NCBI GenBank assembly: GCA_000091205.1
Contig: AP006502.2
DNA length: 64,000 nucleotides
Reading direction: 5' to 3' (one strand)
Origin: Cyanidioschyzon merolae
Lineage: Eukaryota
Shown one piece after another: positions 1 through 9,363 of the stretch (its first letter is position 1; every line of letters begins with the position of its first letter). A program made the translations under genes and the position numbers. The notes below the pieces were generated by a model, which had not been told where the DNA came from, made no database searches, and saw only the letters and a program-made list of their open reading frames with translations.

Positions 1-1
1 G

Positions 2-265
2 GTCGCACCGCTCGCCGGAAACTCGGTTCACGTTGATCGCCGCTTCCTCGCACGCTACATGCCGAAACTGGACGCGTACCTCCACTATCGAATTATAGAT
101 GTTTCAACGGTAAAAGAGCTCTGCAGAAGGTGGTACCCGAACGTTTTTTCTCGAGCCCCAGCAAAGCAAGGCGCTCACCGTGCTCTGGACGATATTCGAG
201 AGAGTATATCTGAACTGGTGTTCTATCGTGAGAACGTCTTCCGGTTCCCGAATGACACCGCATAA
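2..265 (+). CDS. Oligoribonuclease (Orn/REX2-like 3'-5' exoribonuclease), C-terminal part; 5' end lies before the window
   Basis: Frame-2 translation from the window edge reads [46 protein letters not shown]...[22 protein letters not shown]. This is nearly collinear with the bacterial/eukaryotic Orn C-terminus (GNSIxxDRRFLxKYMP, HYRxxDVST, HxALxDIRESIxEL). Stop at 263-265. Confidence 0.8.
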   Translation, partial: VAPLAGNSVHVDRRFLARYMPKLDAYLHYRIIDVSTVKELCRRWYPNVFSRAPAKQGAHRALDDIRESISELVFYRENVFRFPNDTA

Positions 266-1198
266 CGAGCTTTGACTGAGCAGAGGCCATGTGCCTTGGT
301 ATGGGTACAGCGCATGCTCTCGAGACATGCCGGAGAGGTACGACCGTCGACAGATCGGGAATTCGTCGGGTGCACCAAAGGCCGCAGCATGCCCTGTAAC
401 GCTGCCTGTTTGGGTGCAATCCACTTCCTCAGCGTCCAGTGCTTTGAATGATGGACACGCTTCCTGGAATGTGCGAATAAGAGATTCCGGGACTGCAGGA
501 TCCTGGGGTATCGTCATGCTCTCAGAATAGAGCACTCAATGTTCGATTTGCGTATGCACCGAAAAAGGACCTGGCTCAGTTTGTCTGCTTGGCGAGCTGT
601 GATGCGGAATCATTGTGCTGATTCAATGTCGCTACTCTAACTGGAAGCGGCCACTAGTGTTAAATCTGAATGATAGTCTCGTCATCAAAGTAGTGTTTTC
701 CTGCACGGAACGCGATCTGATACCACCTTGAACTCTGCGACGTAGTGACCTCGGACTTGTCGGCGTGAACATTCTAGCCTCATCATGCACGCGCCGAACC
801 TCAAGATTTGCTTTCTACTCGGGCACGAAAGCTCATCTGGTAGCGAAATGAGCGATCATCGGCACACTGACGGGCATCTCCATTGCGTCACCAGCTGGGA
901 CAGGCGGCGCCGCGCAATGAGCCAGTGCGATAGGGTTGCCGCACTTGGGCGACAATAGGCATCGTTGGACTGCATATGATGTTTATTTGGTGAATCTGGC
1001 GATACTATGGTGCACCATGATTTCGATGATCGCCAAATGGTGTCAGATGCTTTCGCTTGGTTCTCCCGCATATTCCCCGGGCGCTTTCACGGAATCTGGT
1101 CTTTATGATTCCGGAATATGCCATGTAACATTCCACTGAAGACTCTTATGGACCCCTAGCCTTCACATGCTTCTCGTTTTCCTCTTCCATGTGAATTT

Positions 1199-2503
1199 TC
1201 ACTCGGCCGAGAGCTCCTGATAACCCGTCCAGCTTTCATTTGGTTTCAACTCTACACCCTTGTCATGAAATACTGCTGGTTCGATGCAAATGAATTTTTG
1301 CCAGTCAGGGTCGGATCCTTGTTGCCCGTAAGGATTCCATAAAGTGCAGTCTGTGAATCCGCGCTTGTCTATTTTCATCACTGTCAACGCTACCATATCG
1401 AAGAGCGCCATCTCATCGGGAGCGTTCTTGTAGACTCTATCGACAGCGGCCTCCACTGGAAGACCACTCAAAAGCACGGATTCCTCACGTTTCATGGTAT
1501 TTGCATCCATCTTGTCCAAATATTCCAGATTGTCGTATCCGAAGACTCGAATTTTGGACACGTCCCGGACGCGCAGATAATTGTGCAGCGCCGCTGTAAA
1601 GGGCATCGGCCGATCGGTTTCCAAGTTCGTGATGCGCAGCTCACAGCGCAGGCCCCGCAAATTTAGCGTCACAGCATACTCGGCAGAGAACTTGAAAGGA
1701 AACAAGTCGCGGTAGTGCGAGGGCACCTCTTCCGAAGAGAGCATCAGAACACAACGCGATGCAGTACCATTTTCTACCATATCGATACTCCGCAGCTTCC
1801 AGTCAACATTCCGTGCAAATCCGTGATTCGGGAGCGCTCCATCACTACCAAACTGGGGGAAACAAATTGGAATCCCTCCGCGAATTGGTTTCGATCGATC
1901 AAAAACGGCCTCTTCTGAGAGAAAAAGCATCTCCTCAGTGCCTTGGCGCGCTTTCCACGACGTGACGCAGGCTCCGAACAGGTACACATCGGCCACTTGT
2001 TTTGTCTGCTCGTTCTTTAGACGAACACAGGGTAAACCGTTCCGCCCGTCAACTAGGCAACCGGCCTCATCGCTTGGAACGCCAGACTCGGAGAGGCCGC
2101 TGGCCTTGCCTCCTGTGAGCTCTGCCGCCAGTTTGGCTGCCAAATCAGTGAACCGAGTGCCTGATGCGTCTCCTTGGCCAGGATTATTTAACTTCGCGCG
2201 GAGGCCAAGAGACAGCGGCACATAAGCGCCCTTCTTACGGTCCCATAGCCCAGGCGTCCACTGAGACCCCGATCGACCTGTTGCTCTGGCTTGCCGGAGA
2301 GACCCGCAGCAGCGCTGTCTACTAGTGCGCACCCCAAGCGGACAGCTAGAACTTAAACCACAGACCACAAACATGCTATAGTGATTGGTTGCAGGTACAA
2401 AGAAAAGGAGCTCTTTGGCCTGACCGGTCCGCAAGACGAGCACGGCTGTCCTAGAACTGCTTTCACGAAGTGCACGCTCCCGCATGATGAATGTGTGACG
2501 CAT
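1199..2503 (-). CDS. Glucose-6-phosphate 1-epimerase (aldose 1-epimerase-like, yeast YMR099C family). Conserved domain from about 2070 downward; N-terminal ~145 aa is a non-conserved S/R/G-rich extension, so the start codon is uncertain
   Basis: Motifs RGGIPICFPQFG, HGFARNVDWKL, LHNYLRVRDV and WNPYGQQ...ICIEPAV match the G6P 1-epimerase family signature. Single ORF of 434 aa. Confidence 0.7.
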   Translation of the reverse strand: MRHTFIMRERALRESSSRTAVLVLRTGQAKELLFFVPATNHYSMFVVCGLSSSCPLGVRTSRQRCCGSLRQARATGRSGSQWTPGLWDRKKGAYVPLSLGLRAKLNNPGQGDASGTRFTDLAAKLAAELTGGKASGLSESGVPSDEAGCLVDGRNGLPCVRLKNEQTKQVADVYLFGACVTSWKARQGTEEMLFLSEEAVFDRSKPIRGGIPICFPQFGSDGALPNHGFARNVDWKLRSIDMVENGTASRCVLMLSSEEVPSHYRDLFPFKFSAEYAVTLNLRGLRCELRITNLETDRPMPFTAALHNYLRVRDVSKIRVFGYDNLEYLDKMDANTMKREESVLLSGLPVEAAVDRVYKNAPDEMALFDMVALTVMKIDKRGFTDCTLWNPYGQQGSDPDWQKFICIEPAVFHDKGVELKPNESWTGYQELSAE

Positions 2504-2517
2504 TGCGCCGCCAACAG

Positions 2518-2706
2518 TGATACGGACGCCTCAACCCGACGCCCTCAGTGGCATGGCAAAACCGTTCTGTCTCCGTGCAGTACCTGCTTCAGCGGGATAA
2601 GCGCTACGGCGAGAGCTCAAAACAGCTACTCGGCACACGATAGAACATACGAAACGACCAGTATACCCGAGAGGAAGTATGGGTTATAGAACTTGAAGGT
2701 AGGCGC
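2518..2706 (+). repeat. Copy 1 of a ~190-bp dispersed repeat (second copy at 12443-12625), ~80 % identical, same orientation
   Basis: Manual alignment: the core gcacacgatagaac(a/g)(t/a)a(c/t)gaaacgaccagtat(ac/tt)ccgaga(g/a)gaagtatgggt(t/c)at(a/g)(g/t)aacttg(a/g)aag and flanking blocks are shared between the two loci. Confidence 0.6.
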
Positions 2707-3246
2707 TTCATCATTAACGCTTTCCCGAAATCCAGTATCCGTTCCGAATTCTGGAATCCAAGGTCAATCTAAACATTTTGTCATCTGAAAAACTTCAGTT
2801 ATGCGGAACGCTCCGCGTATTGGACGCCCTGCTCGCAAGCATCTCCAGTGGAGCTCTGGCCGCCTTGTCTGCCGCTAGCATCTTTTGTGCTACTGGGGGA
2901 TCACTGCTCCGACACAATGATAAGGTGGCATGGAAAATGGCCTAGTTCATTCAGTAACCCGCTTACGAGCGAGCAAGATTTGCGCTGATTGGCTAGTGCA
3001 CCCAGATGCACGCAACCGACGGCATGGAATTGGGTCAAGTCTGTTCAAGAATTCGTTCACGAACGAGTAACATTTTTGCTGTCGGGGTATCGTGCCTGAG
3101 TGCACGCATCCTGCACCATGAACGTGAGATCAGGTGAATGGAACAGCCCTGAACGTGTCGTATTCTTTAGTGTCATTTGCAGTGAAGGAAACGGCGCTGG
3201 AACAAAGCAAAAATGACGCCAAAGCGGGGCATCGCCGTCGGATCGG

Positions 3247-4794
3247 TTGCGCACACTAGACATCGCTGCGTCCGGGTTTGCTGGACTCGTAAGCGACCGA
3301 TTACTTCAGTTTATGGCGAAGAATCAAGAGGCACCCGGGGTTGATATCGCTCCTAAAGATGAAGACCTGGAAATTCTGGAGATGCGTGCATGTCTTGAAC
3401 TTCTCGGAATACACAGGGAGTCCGAGGGGGATCGGTACCAGGTGCTTCTGGATCCCGAAGGTGTAGTTCTTCAGCCGCAGTCCCCGGCGGGAATCAAAGG
3501 AGCAGAGGTCCTCTATGAGGCTTTATTAGAACGCTTACGAGCGTATGAACGGGGTAATTTTTACGTGACGGACTTGCTTAGCGGCGTGCGCTACATCTTC
3601 GCGTTGCTTCGCCGCTCCGGTTTCCTGAGCAGCGATCCTGTTCGGGTGGAAGTTCTGCTGCAGAACGTTCAGGCCTTTGCGGCTAGCGGCGGTCCAGATC
3701 GTGAAGCGCGCCAGAAACATGCGAGCGTTGCGCTCTCAGCCGCTGTGCTTCTATTCAATGCAATTGGCAACGCACCAGCGGCGCCACGCTGGAACCTGCT
3801 CCGCATCGAGACGCTGGCGGAGATCCTGCGGTGCGCAACTGCAGCGGACAAGGCGGACCGAGTCATCGCTTTCATGTTAAATCACGGCACCGACATGATC
3901 GAACGCTACTATTCCTCGCGCAGTTCGGAGTATCGTGCCGTTCTGGAGAACAATGATGCTGAAAATGGGATCCGCGAGGATGGCGACTTTACAACCGCGC
4001 GTTGTGGATACTACCGTGCTCTCTTCTACGCTTTGAAAGCCGCGGAGGAACATGTTCGATTCCGGACGGACATCATTGTCGACACCGATTTCGAGACCCT
4101 TCTGATTCAGACAGGATGCAGAGCCTTGGAAGTGGCGGAGACGAGCAAACTGGTCCAAGATTCTGATCGTGAAGTTGCTGTAGAAATTGTTTGTCGTGCA
4201 CTGGCTGCGCCGAGTTTCACCAAGTTCGCTGAACTACTACGCCTGGAAACGATTCAGGCCGACACGCATATGCGGTATGCATGTGAGGCACTAACGCTTT
4301 TGGACGAATCCCTCTATGAGAGCCTCTTGGCTGGCCACGGAAACGAGTCCGAGGTCACGGAAGCCGTACACAAACACAGGCAAATGATCGAAACCAAGCT
4401 TCGGGTGCTGCGGGTATCGCGGGCTTGTGCCCGTGGTGAATACGCTGCGGAAAAGCCTGAGAGGTCCAGCGAAGAACCAGCATGCGATTCGAAGAGTCAT
4501 CGCGGCGCGCGTATTCTGCCGTATGCAGCCTTAGCGAAACATGTGGGTATGACGGAGAGCGATATGAATCTTGATGAGGAGGTAGAGAAATGGATCATAT
4601 TAGCAATACAATTTGGTGTTCTGAGAGCAAAGATTGATCAAGCGAAGAAAATGATTCGCATCGATTATGCCTTTGATCCAGATTCGAGCACGAGCCGAGA
4701 AAGTTGGCAACTTGTAGCTGGTCGCCTAGAGCGACTCCGCCTCCAGATAGCGCAAATCGCAGACACCACGGAGTCGATTTTGCTAGCACCGTAG
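3247..4794 (+). CDS. PCI-domain protein (proteasome-lid / CSN / eIF3-subunit-like); function not resolved
   Basis: 515-aa uninterrupted ORF. The C-terminus (ILPYAALAKHVGMTESDMNLDEEVEKWIILAIQFGVLRAKIDQAKKMIRI) has the PCI winged-helix pattern; upstream is helical-repeat-like. Confidence 0.55.
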   Translation: MRTLDIAASGFAGLVSDRLLQFMAKNQEAPGVDIAPKDEDLEILEMRACLELLGIHRESEGDRYQVLLDPEGVVLQPQSPAGIKGAEVLYEALLERLRAYERGNFYVTDLLSGVRYIFALLRRSGFLSSDPVRVEVLLQNVQAFAASGGPDREARQKHASVALSAAVLLFNAIGNAPAAPRWNLLRIETLAEILRCATAADKADRVIAFMLNHGTDMIERYYSSRSSEYRAVLENNDAENGIREDGDFTTARCGYYRALFYALKAAEEHVRFRTDIIVDTDFETLLIQTGCRALEVAETSKLVQDSDREVAVEIVCRALAAPSFTKFAELLRLETIQADTHMRYACEALTLLDESLYESLLAGHGNESEVTEAVHKHRQMIETKLRVLRVSRACARGEYAAEKPERSSEEPACDSKSHRGARILPYAALAKHVGMTESDMNLDEEVEKWIILAIQFGVLRAKIDQAKKMIRIDYAFDPDSSTSRESWQLVAGRLERLRLQIAQIADTTESILLAP

Positions 4795-7069
4795 ACGGGG
4801 ACTTTGTATGGCTGCGTCCTGGTGGGCATCGGTAGAAAGCTGACGAGAGTTACCTATGATTCTTAACGTAGAAGGCGAACATGGTGACGGAATCCGCTAT
4901 GAAGGTAGCGGGCGTCTTGACTTTTGCAGCCGCAGTTGCGTGCATTCATTATTAGCGAATGAGGTTGGCATCCTATCGAGCGTGCAATATCGCTCTCATG
5001 CAGCATATTTGGTGAAACATTTCCAAACAAATGTTTTAGTTTGTTCGACAGTTCAGCTACCTGCAGCATCTCCCGGTCACAGGTATCACTCTTCTTCAGA
5101 TGGACCTGCGGGTTCAAGCTCTGAAATAATTCCTATATGCATTGGATGGATGCGCGCTTTGGAAAAAAATGCAACAAGCGATTGCCTGTCCCATGACGAT
5201 GCAGGAAAGACCACTCGTGGCTAATAGGGCACCGGTTCCGTCTCATACCAGGAACGAGCGAAGGCATAACGCTTCGGGAGAGGTTTCTCTGCGCTCGAGC
5301 CGCTTTTCCAAAGCGCACGCCTAACCGACAAATGAGGAAAACGTGCTTTTTTAGATCATTACGGCTTGCGATTTTCAGACGGGATTCTGTCAGGTCTCAA
5401 GCATGCAGTCTCCGAGCGTGCCAGCGTCTGCTGTATACAAGTTGCCCGATGAGAAGCCTATGAACCGAGGAAGACGAATCTCCCCGCCCTGCATTTTTTG
5501 ACCATCACCATCTCTCGTGATTGATCGTAAAGTCCGTCGAAAAAGCTTGAAAGCATGATGTCGCAGTCGACCGAAGCGTGCTGTTCCGTCAGACGGTATG
5601 GTCCCTGTCACGCAAACTGCTTCTCCACGTGAGCTCTGTTGCACTTCGTTTACCGTTGAATGCTCCACGACCGTCAACATTCATATTCGGCAGTGCGCAA
5701 GCTAAACAGCTCGCCAAACAGAGGGGCTATGAGTCCGCCACTCTTTCCTCGCCATGTTCTATAAGTGGGGAACAGCGAGCGGACGTGTGCCAGCGTGCGT
5801 GATATCTCGAGGGGTTCAACACTTAGAAGTGTATGCAGCAATAAGATTCCACGCGTTCGAAGTACAGCTGTACCGGGCGCTGAGGAAAATGTGCCCAGAC
5901 CCTAGCGCCTTCGTAAACGACCATCGCCAGAACTTTTTCAAAACATCGGATATCGGAACAAGTGGTTCGAGGGAAAGAGGTCGACAATGAAGTTTGCTTC
6001 ATGTAGACCGGATCATGGCTCCACCATAGTTCCGTCAGATGAAACACGAACACGGATCCTTTCAATATGTTCCTGCTTTTCGACTGTGCCCCTGTTTTTT
6101 GGTAGATGAAAGGCCTCAACATTCGAAGTCCAATCATCGCGGCTCACGGATTCATTCGTTGTTTTAGGATTCTCGATCTTCTTCTCGAATAGCTTCCTCT
6201 GTCTCCATGTTGTTGGGTTTGTAAAGTTACGAGTAGCAATATGACTCGCACCGCCATCGACCAAAGGGTTCGTGAAGCTACTGACGTCATTATCCGATGT
6301 ATGCGTACAATACTTTGTTCTTCCCTGTTCCTTACGTGTGGCATGCTCAAATCACGCATGCTTCAAGTTTTGGTCTTCCTGTTTCGAGGCAACTCGTGGG
6401 CGCAACAATTCGAGCAGAGAGATTGGTAATGAGCGAAATACGAAATCGGTTCTGAACGACTTGGTCACAATCCCACGCAAAAAGTTCACTGAACTCCCCA
6501 AGACAACCATTCGGTTCCATGCGAGAAGCAAACCCCCGGCTCTTTGCGGCAATAAACGGAACGGCATTGCGCAACACCATTGCCCATGCCCTGTGATAGA
6601 CTACCAGAAGCACCCGCCCATTCTGTTCAGACAAAAATGGGTTTCGTACTTGGAATGCAGTTATGGTTCACATGGCTTCCAGTGGAGCGTTTGTCAAAGA
6701 TTTCCACGACGGAAGTATAGGGCGCATCGCATTTCTCGACTTGATTTCCAGCCTTTCTTTTCCCCATGGTACTTGGATCATCATGGACGAGCTCGCTTCC
6801 CAGAAATCCTCCTTCGGGCCGCAAAGCTAACACTGGCGCGTCCAGCGGACAGCTTCCTCACCGAGAAGATCCCCCAGAGGAACACGGTGTGCGTAAGGCA
6901 TGGTACCGGGCGCGGAAACCGAGGAGGGCATGGCAACGTGCCTTCTGCACCCGATAGAAGCACGTACCGAGTTACGAAGCACGCGTTTGTCGTGAAACAG
7001 GACAGCTCTCGGAGAAGGGTGTGTGTTGGACATATAGGAACAAACGACTACAGCTAAACTTCACTTGTA

Positions 7070-7220
7070 AAAACCTCGCACCTCGGCTGTACACAAACGA
7101 GACGATGAAAACGACAAGGGATGCATGAATCGCTTCTTTAGCCTGTGGATGCATTGCGCAAGCAATAGCTGGAAACAGCGAAATCAATACTTGAACGCTG
7201 CGATCAATATCCTCCGATGA
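7070..7220 (+). pseudogene. Isolated relic of a TnpB/Fanzor-like C-terminus (zinc-finger remnant plus RuvC-III motif)
   Basis: Frame-0 peptide ...KGCMNRFFSLWMHCASNSWKQRNQYLNAAINILR* fits the TnpB pattern HC..(x)..DRDxNAAxNIL. It is short and surrounded by stops. Confidence 0.35.
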
Positions 7221-7638
7221 CCTACAAGAGAGCAGGACGAAAAGAGAGTCCAGCGTTTCCAAAGCCAGCGTTTATCTACAGCAAGCGGAAAGCGTCGAAG
7301 AGAACTTCCGCACAGTCTGGTGTTGGTGCCACGATGAAGAGACCCAAAGTTGGTGAGTACGCCAATTTCCCTTTCTGGACACTTTCAATTTTCTTCTGAA
7401 ATGGGTGTATCAGCGTATTCTTAACTGCAATATCTAGTTTGATTCTAACGCACGATCGATGCATCCCATCAGAGAGACGCTCATGCAGCGAATCCAGGAA
7501 GCGGAGAAGACGCTCTACGAAGCGCGTCGTCGCCCAGAATACGTCGCTGCGGCGGCATCGACCGGGGCGAAGCGCGCCTCTACGCTCAAAAAGCGACGTT
7601 TGTCTCCTGGTACGAACTAGACCTTTTCATCAGGTGCA

Positions 7639-9363
7639 ATGTTGGGTTTCGCCCGCCCAGGTGCAAGTGGACTTTTAAAGGAAGGTGGTCAACATTTCTA
7701 CGGAATTCAGGAAGCTGTTCTCAAGAACATCGAGGCCTGTAAAGTCTTGGCGAGCATCGTCCGGACGAGTTACGGCCCAAACGGGAGAAACAAACTCATC
7801 AGCAACCGTTTGAATAAGATTTTCATCACATCAGATGCAGCTACAATTGTTCGGGAACTTGAGGTTGTCCATCCTGCCGCAAAAATGGTTGTGGCAGCGT
7901 CGCAGGCACAGGAGCGAGACGTCGGTGACGGCACCGGCCTTGTGCTCGTGCTTGCCGGTGAGTTGCTGAACCAGGCAGCCGATCTTCTGCACCAGGGTCT
8001 ACATCCAAGTGAAATTGTGAAAGGATACAAAAGATCATGCGAAGAGGCTTTGAAGATCATGGAAGAAGGGACTCTCCAAGTGAGACGGGTTGACGACTTG
8101 AGAGACGCCGCTGCTGTCGCTGAGGCGCTGGAGGCGTGTCTTGCGAGCAAGCACTGGGGCGCGGAAGCTTTCCTGGCACGACTGGTAGCCGAAGCCTGCA
8201 TCCAGGTCCTGCCTGGCTACTTCGATGGGAGCGCAGTCAACGATGTGCCTCTGGCGGAATTCGCCGATGATGAGGAAACTCGTGAGCGGCTTCGTCGATT
8301 CAATATCGATAACGTCCGTGTCGTGAAGGTACTCGGCGGCTCGCTCTCTGAATCAAGCCTCGTTCGCGGAACTGTGCTGGTGCGAGACACCGAGGGTACA
8401 GTGAAACACATCAAAGACGCCAAGGTTGCTCTGTTTACGAACGATGTCGATACGTTACAGATGGAAACAAAAGGCACCGTTGTCTTACACTCTGGAAAAG
8501 AGCTGGAGTCGTACACAAAGACGGAAGAGCAGATTCTGGGCGAACGCATCCGCAAACTCTCCGAGGCAGGGGTGAATGTAGTGGTTACCGGAGGCAAATT
8601 CGGCGAGATTGCCTTACACTATTTGGAAATGCACGGTATCATGGCGATTCGGTGCCCGTCGAAGTATGACCTGCGTCGGGTGGTCCGCGCTACCAATGCC
8701 GTGGCGGTTTTGTCGCTAGGAGATACGCCACCATCGCTGGAAGAAATCGGCTCCTGTGATGAGGTAAGCGTGGAAGAACGCGGCTCAACGAAGATGATCG
8801 TTTTCGGTCAGCGCAGTGATGCCACGAGAATCTCCACCATTGTTTTACGAGGCGCGACACAAAACCTATTGGATGATGTAGAGAGAGCCATCGACGATGC
8901 AGTGCACATGTTCAAGGTTCTGGCGTGCCGGGACCCGCGCCTCGTTGCGGGGGCGGGCGCCCTTGAGATGGAACTTGCGAGCCGCCTTCACGATTTTGCA
9001 GACCGCGCGAAAGGCCTCGACCAGTTACCCATGCAGCATTTCGCGGAAGCTCTCAAGATTATCCCGCGGACGCTCGCCGAGAACGCCGGGCAGAATACGA
9101 CGGAAGTCATGACGCGGCTCTATGCGGCACATCGCCAGGGTCATAGCCATGCTGGTGTGGATATCCGCCTCGAGTCTGGGACGATGTCCACGGGATCTGA
9201 AGCTCGAGGCATCATCAATGCCAACGAGTACAAGATATGGGATTCGCTTGCAGTAAAAAACGCAGCGATCCGGAAAGCAGTGGACGTGGCATGTACGATT
9301 CTGATGGTGGATGCCTTGATCATGGCGAAGCAGGTCAGTGGTGCCGGCTCCGGTCACGGCTAG
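7639..9363 (+). CDS. CCT8: T-complex protein 1 subunit theta (CCT8)
   Basis: 574 aa. LLKEGGQHFYGIQEAVLKNIEACKVLASIVRTSYGPNGRNK...TSDAATIVRELEVVHPAAKM...GDGTGLVLVLAGELL is collinear with CCT theta. Group II chaperonin motifs are present throughout. Confidence 0.9.
   Translation: MLGFARPGASGLLKEGGQHFYGIQEAVLKNIEACKVLASIVRTSYGPNGRNKLISNRLNKIFITSDAATIVRELEVVHPAAKMVVAASQAQERDVGDGTGLVLVLAGELLNQAADLLHQGLHPSEIVKGYKRSCEEALKIMEEGTLQVRRVDDLRDAAAVAEALEACLASKHWGAEAFLARLVAEACIQVLPGYFDGSAVNDVPLAEFADDEETRERLRRFNIDNVRVVKVLGGSLSESSLVRGTVLVRDTEGTVKHIKDAKVALFTNDVDTLQMETKGTVVLHSGKELESYTKTEEQILGERIRKLSEAGVNVVVTGGKFGEIALHYLEMHGIMAIRCPSKYDLRRVVRATNAVAVLSLGDTPPSLEEIGSCDEVSVEERGSTKMIVFGQRSDATRISTIVLRGATQNLLDDVERAIDDAVHMFKVLACRDPRLVAGAGALEMELASRLHDFADRAKGLDQLPMQHFAEALKIIPRTLAENAGQNTTEVMTRLYAAHRQGHSHAGVDIRLESGTMSTGSEARGIINANEYKIWDSLAVKNAAIRKAVDVACTILMVDALIMAKQVSGAGSGHG

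Noticed and set aside
2518-2706. U6 or U2 snRNA, 5S rRNA or tRNA-SINE identity for the ~190-bp repeat
   Set aside because: It lacks the U6 ACAGAGA box and AGC triad, the U2 GUAGUA branch-site box, an Sm site, and a foldable cloverleaf. Only a D-arm-like fragment (cctcagtggcatggc) is present.
6272-7057. 261-aa + strand ORF
   Set aside because: Composition is rich in R/C/H/W with no domain. It overlaps equally long antisense ORFs and sits in the region containing the TnpB-like relic. Probably non-coding.
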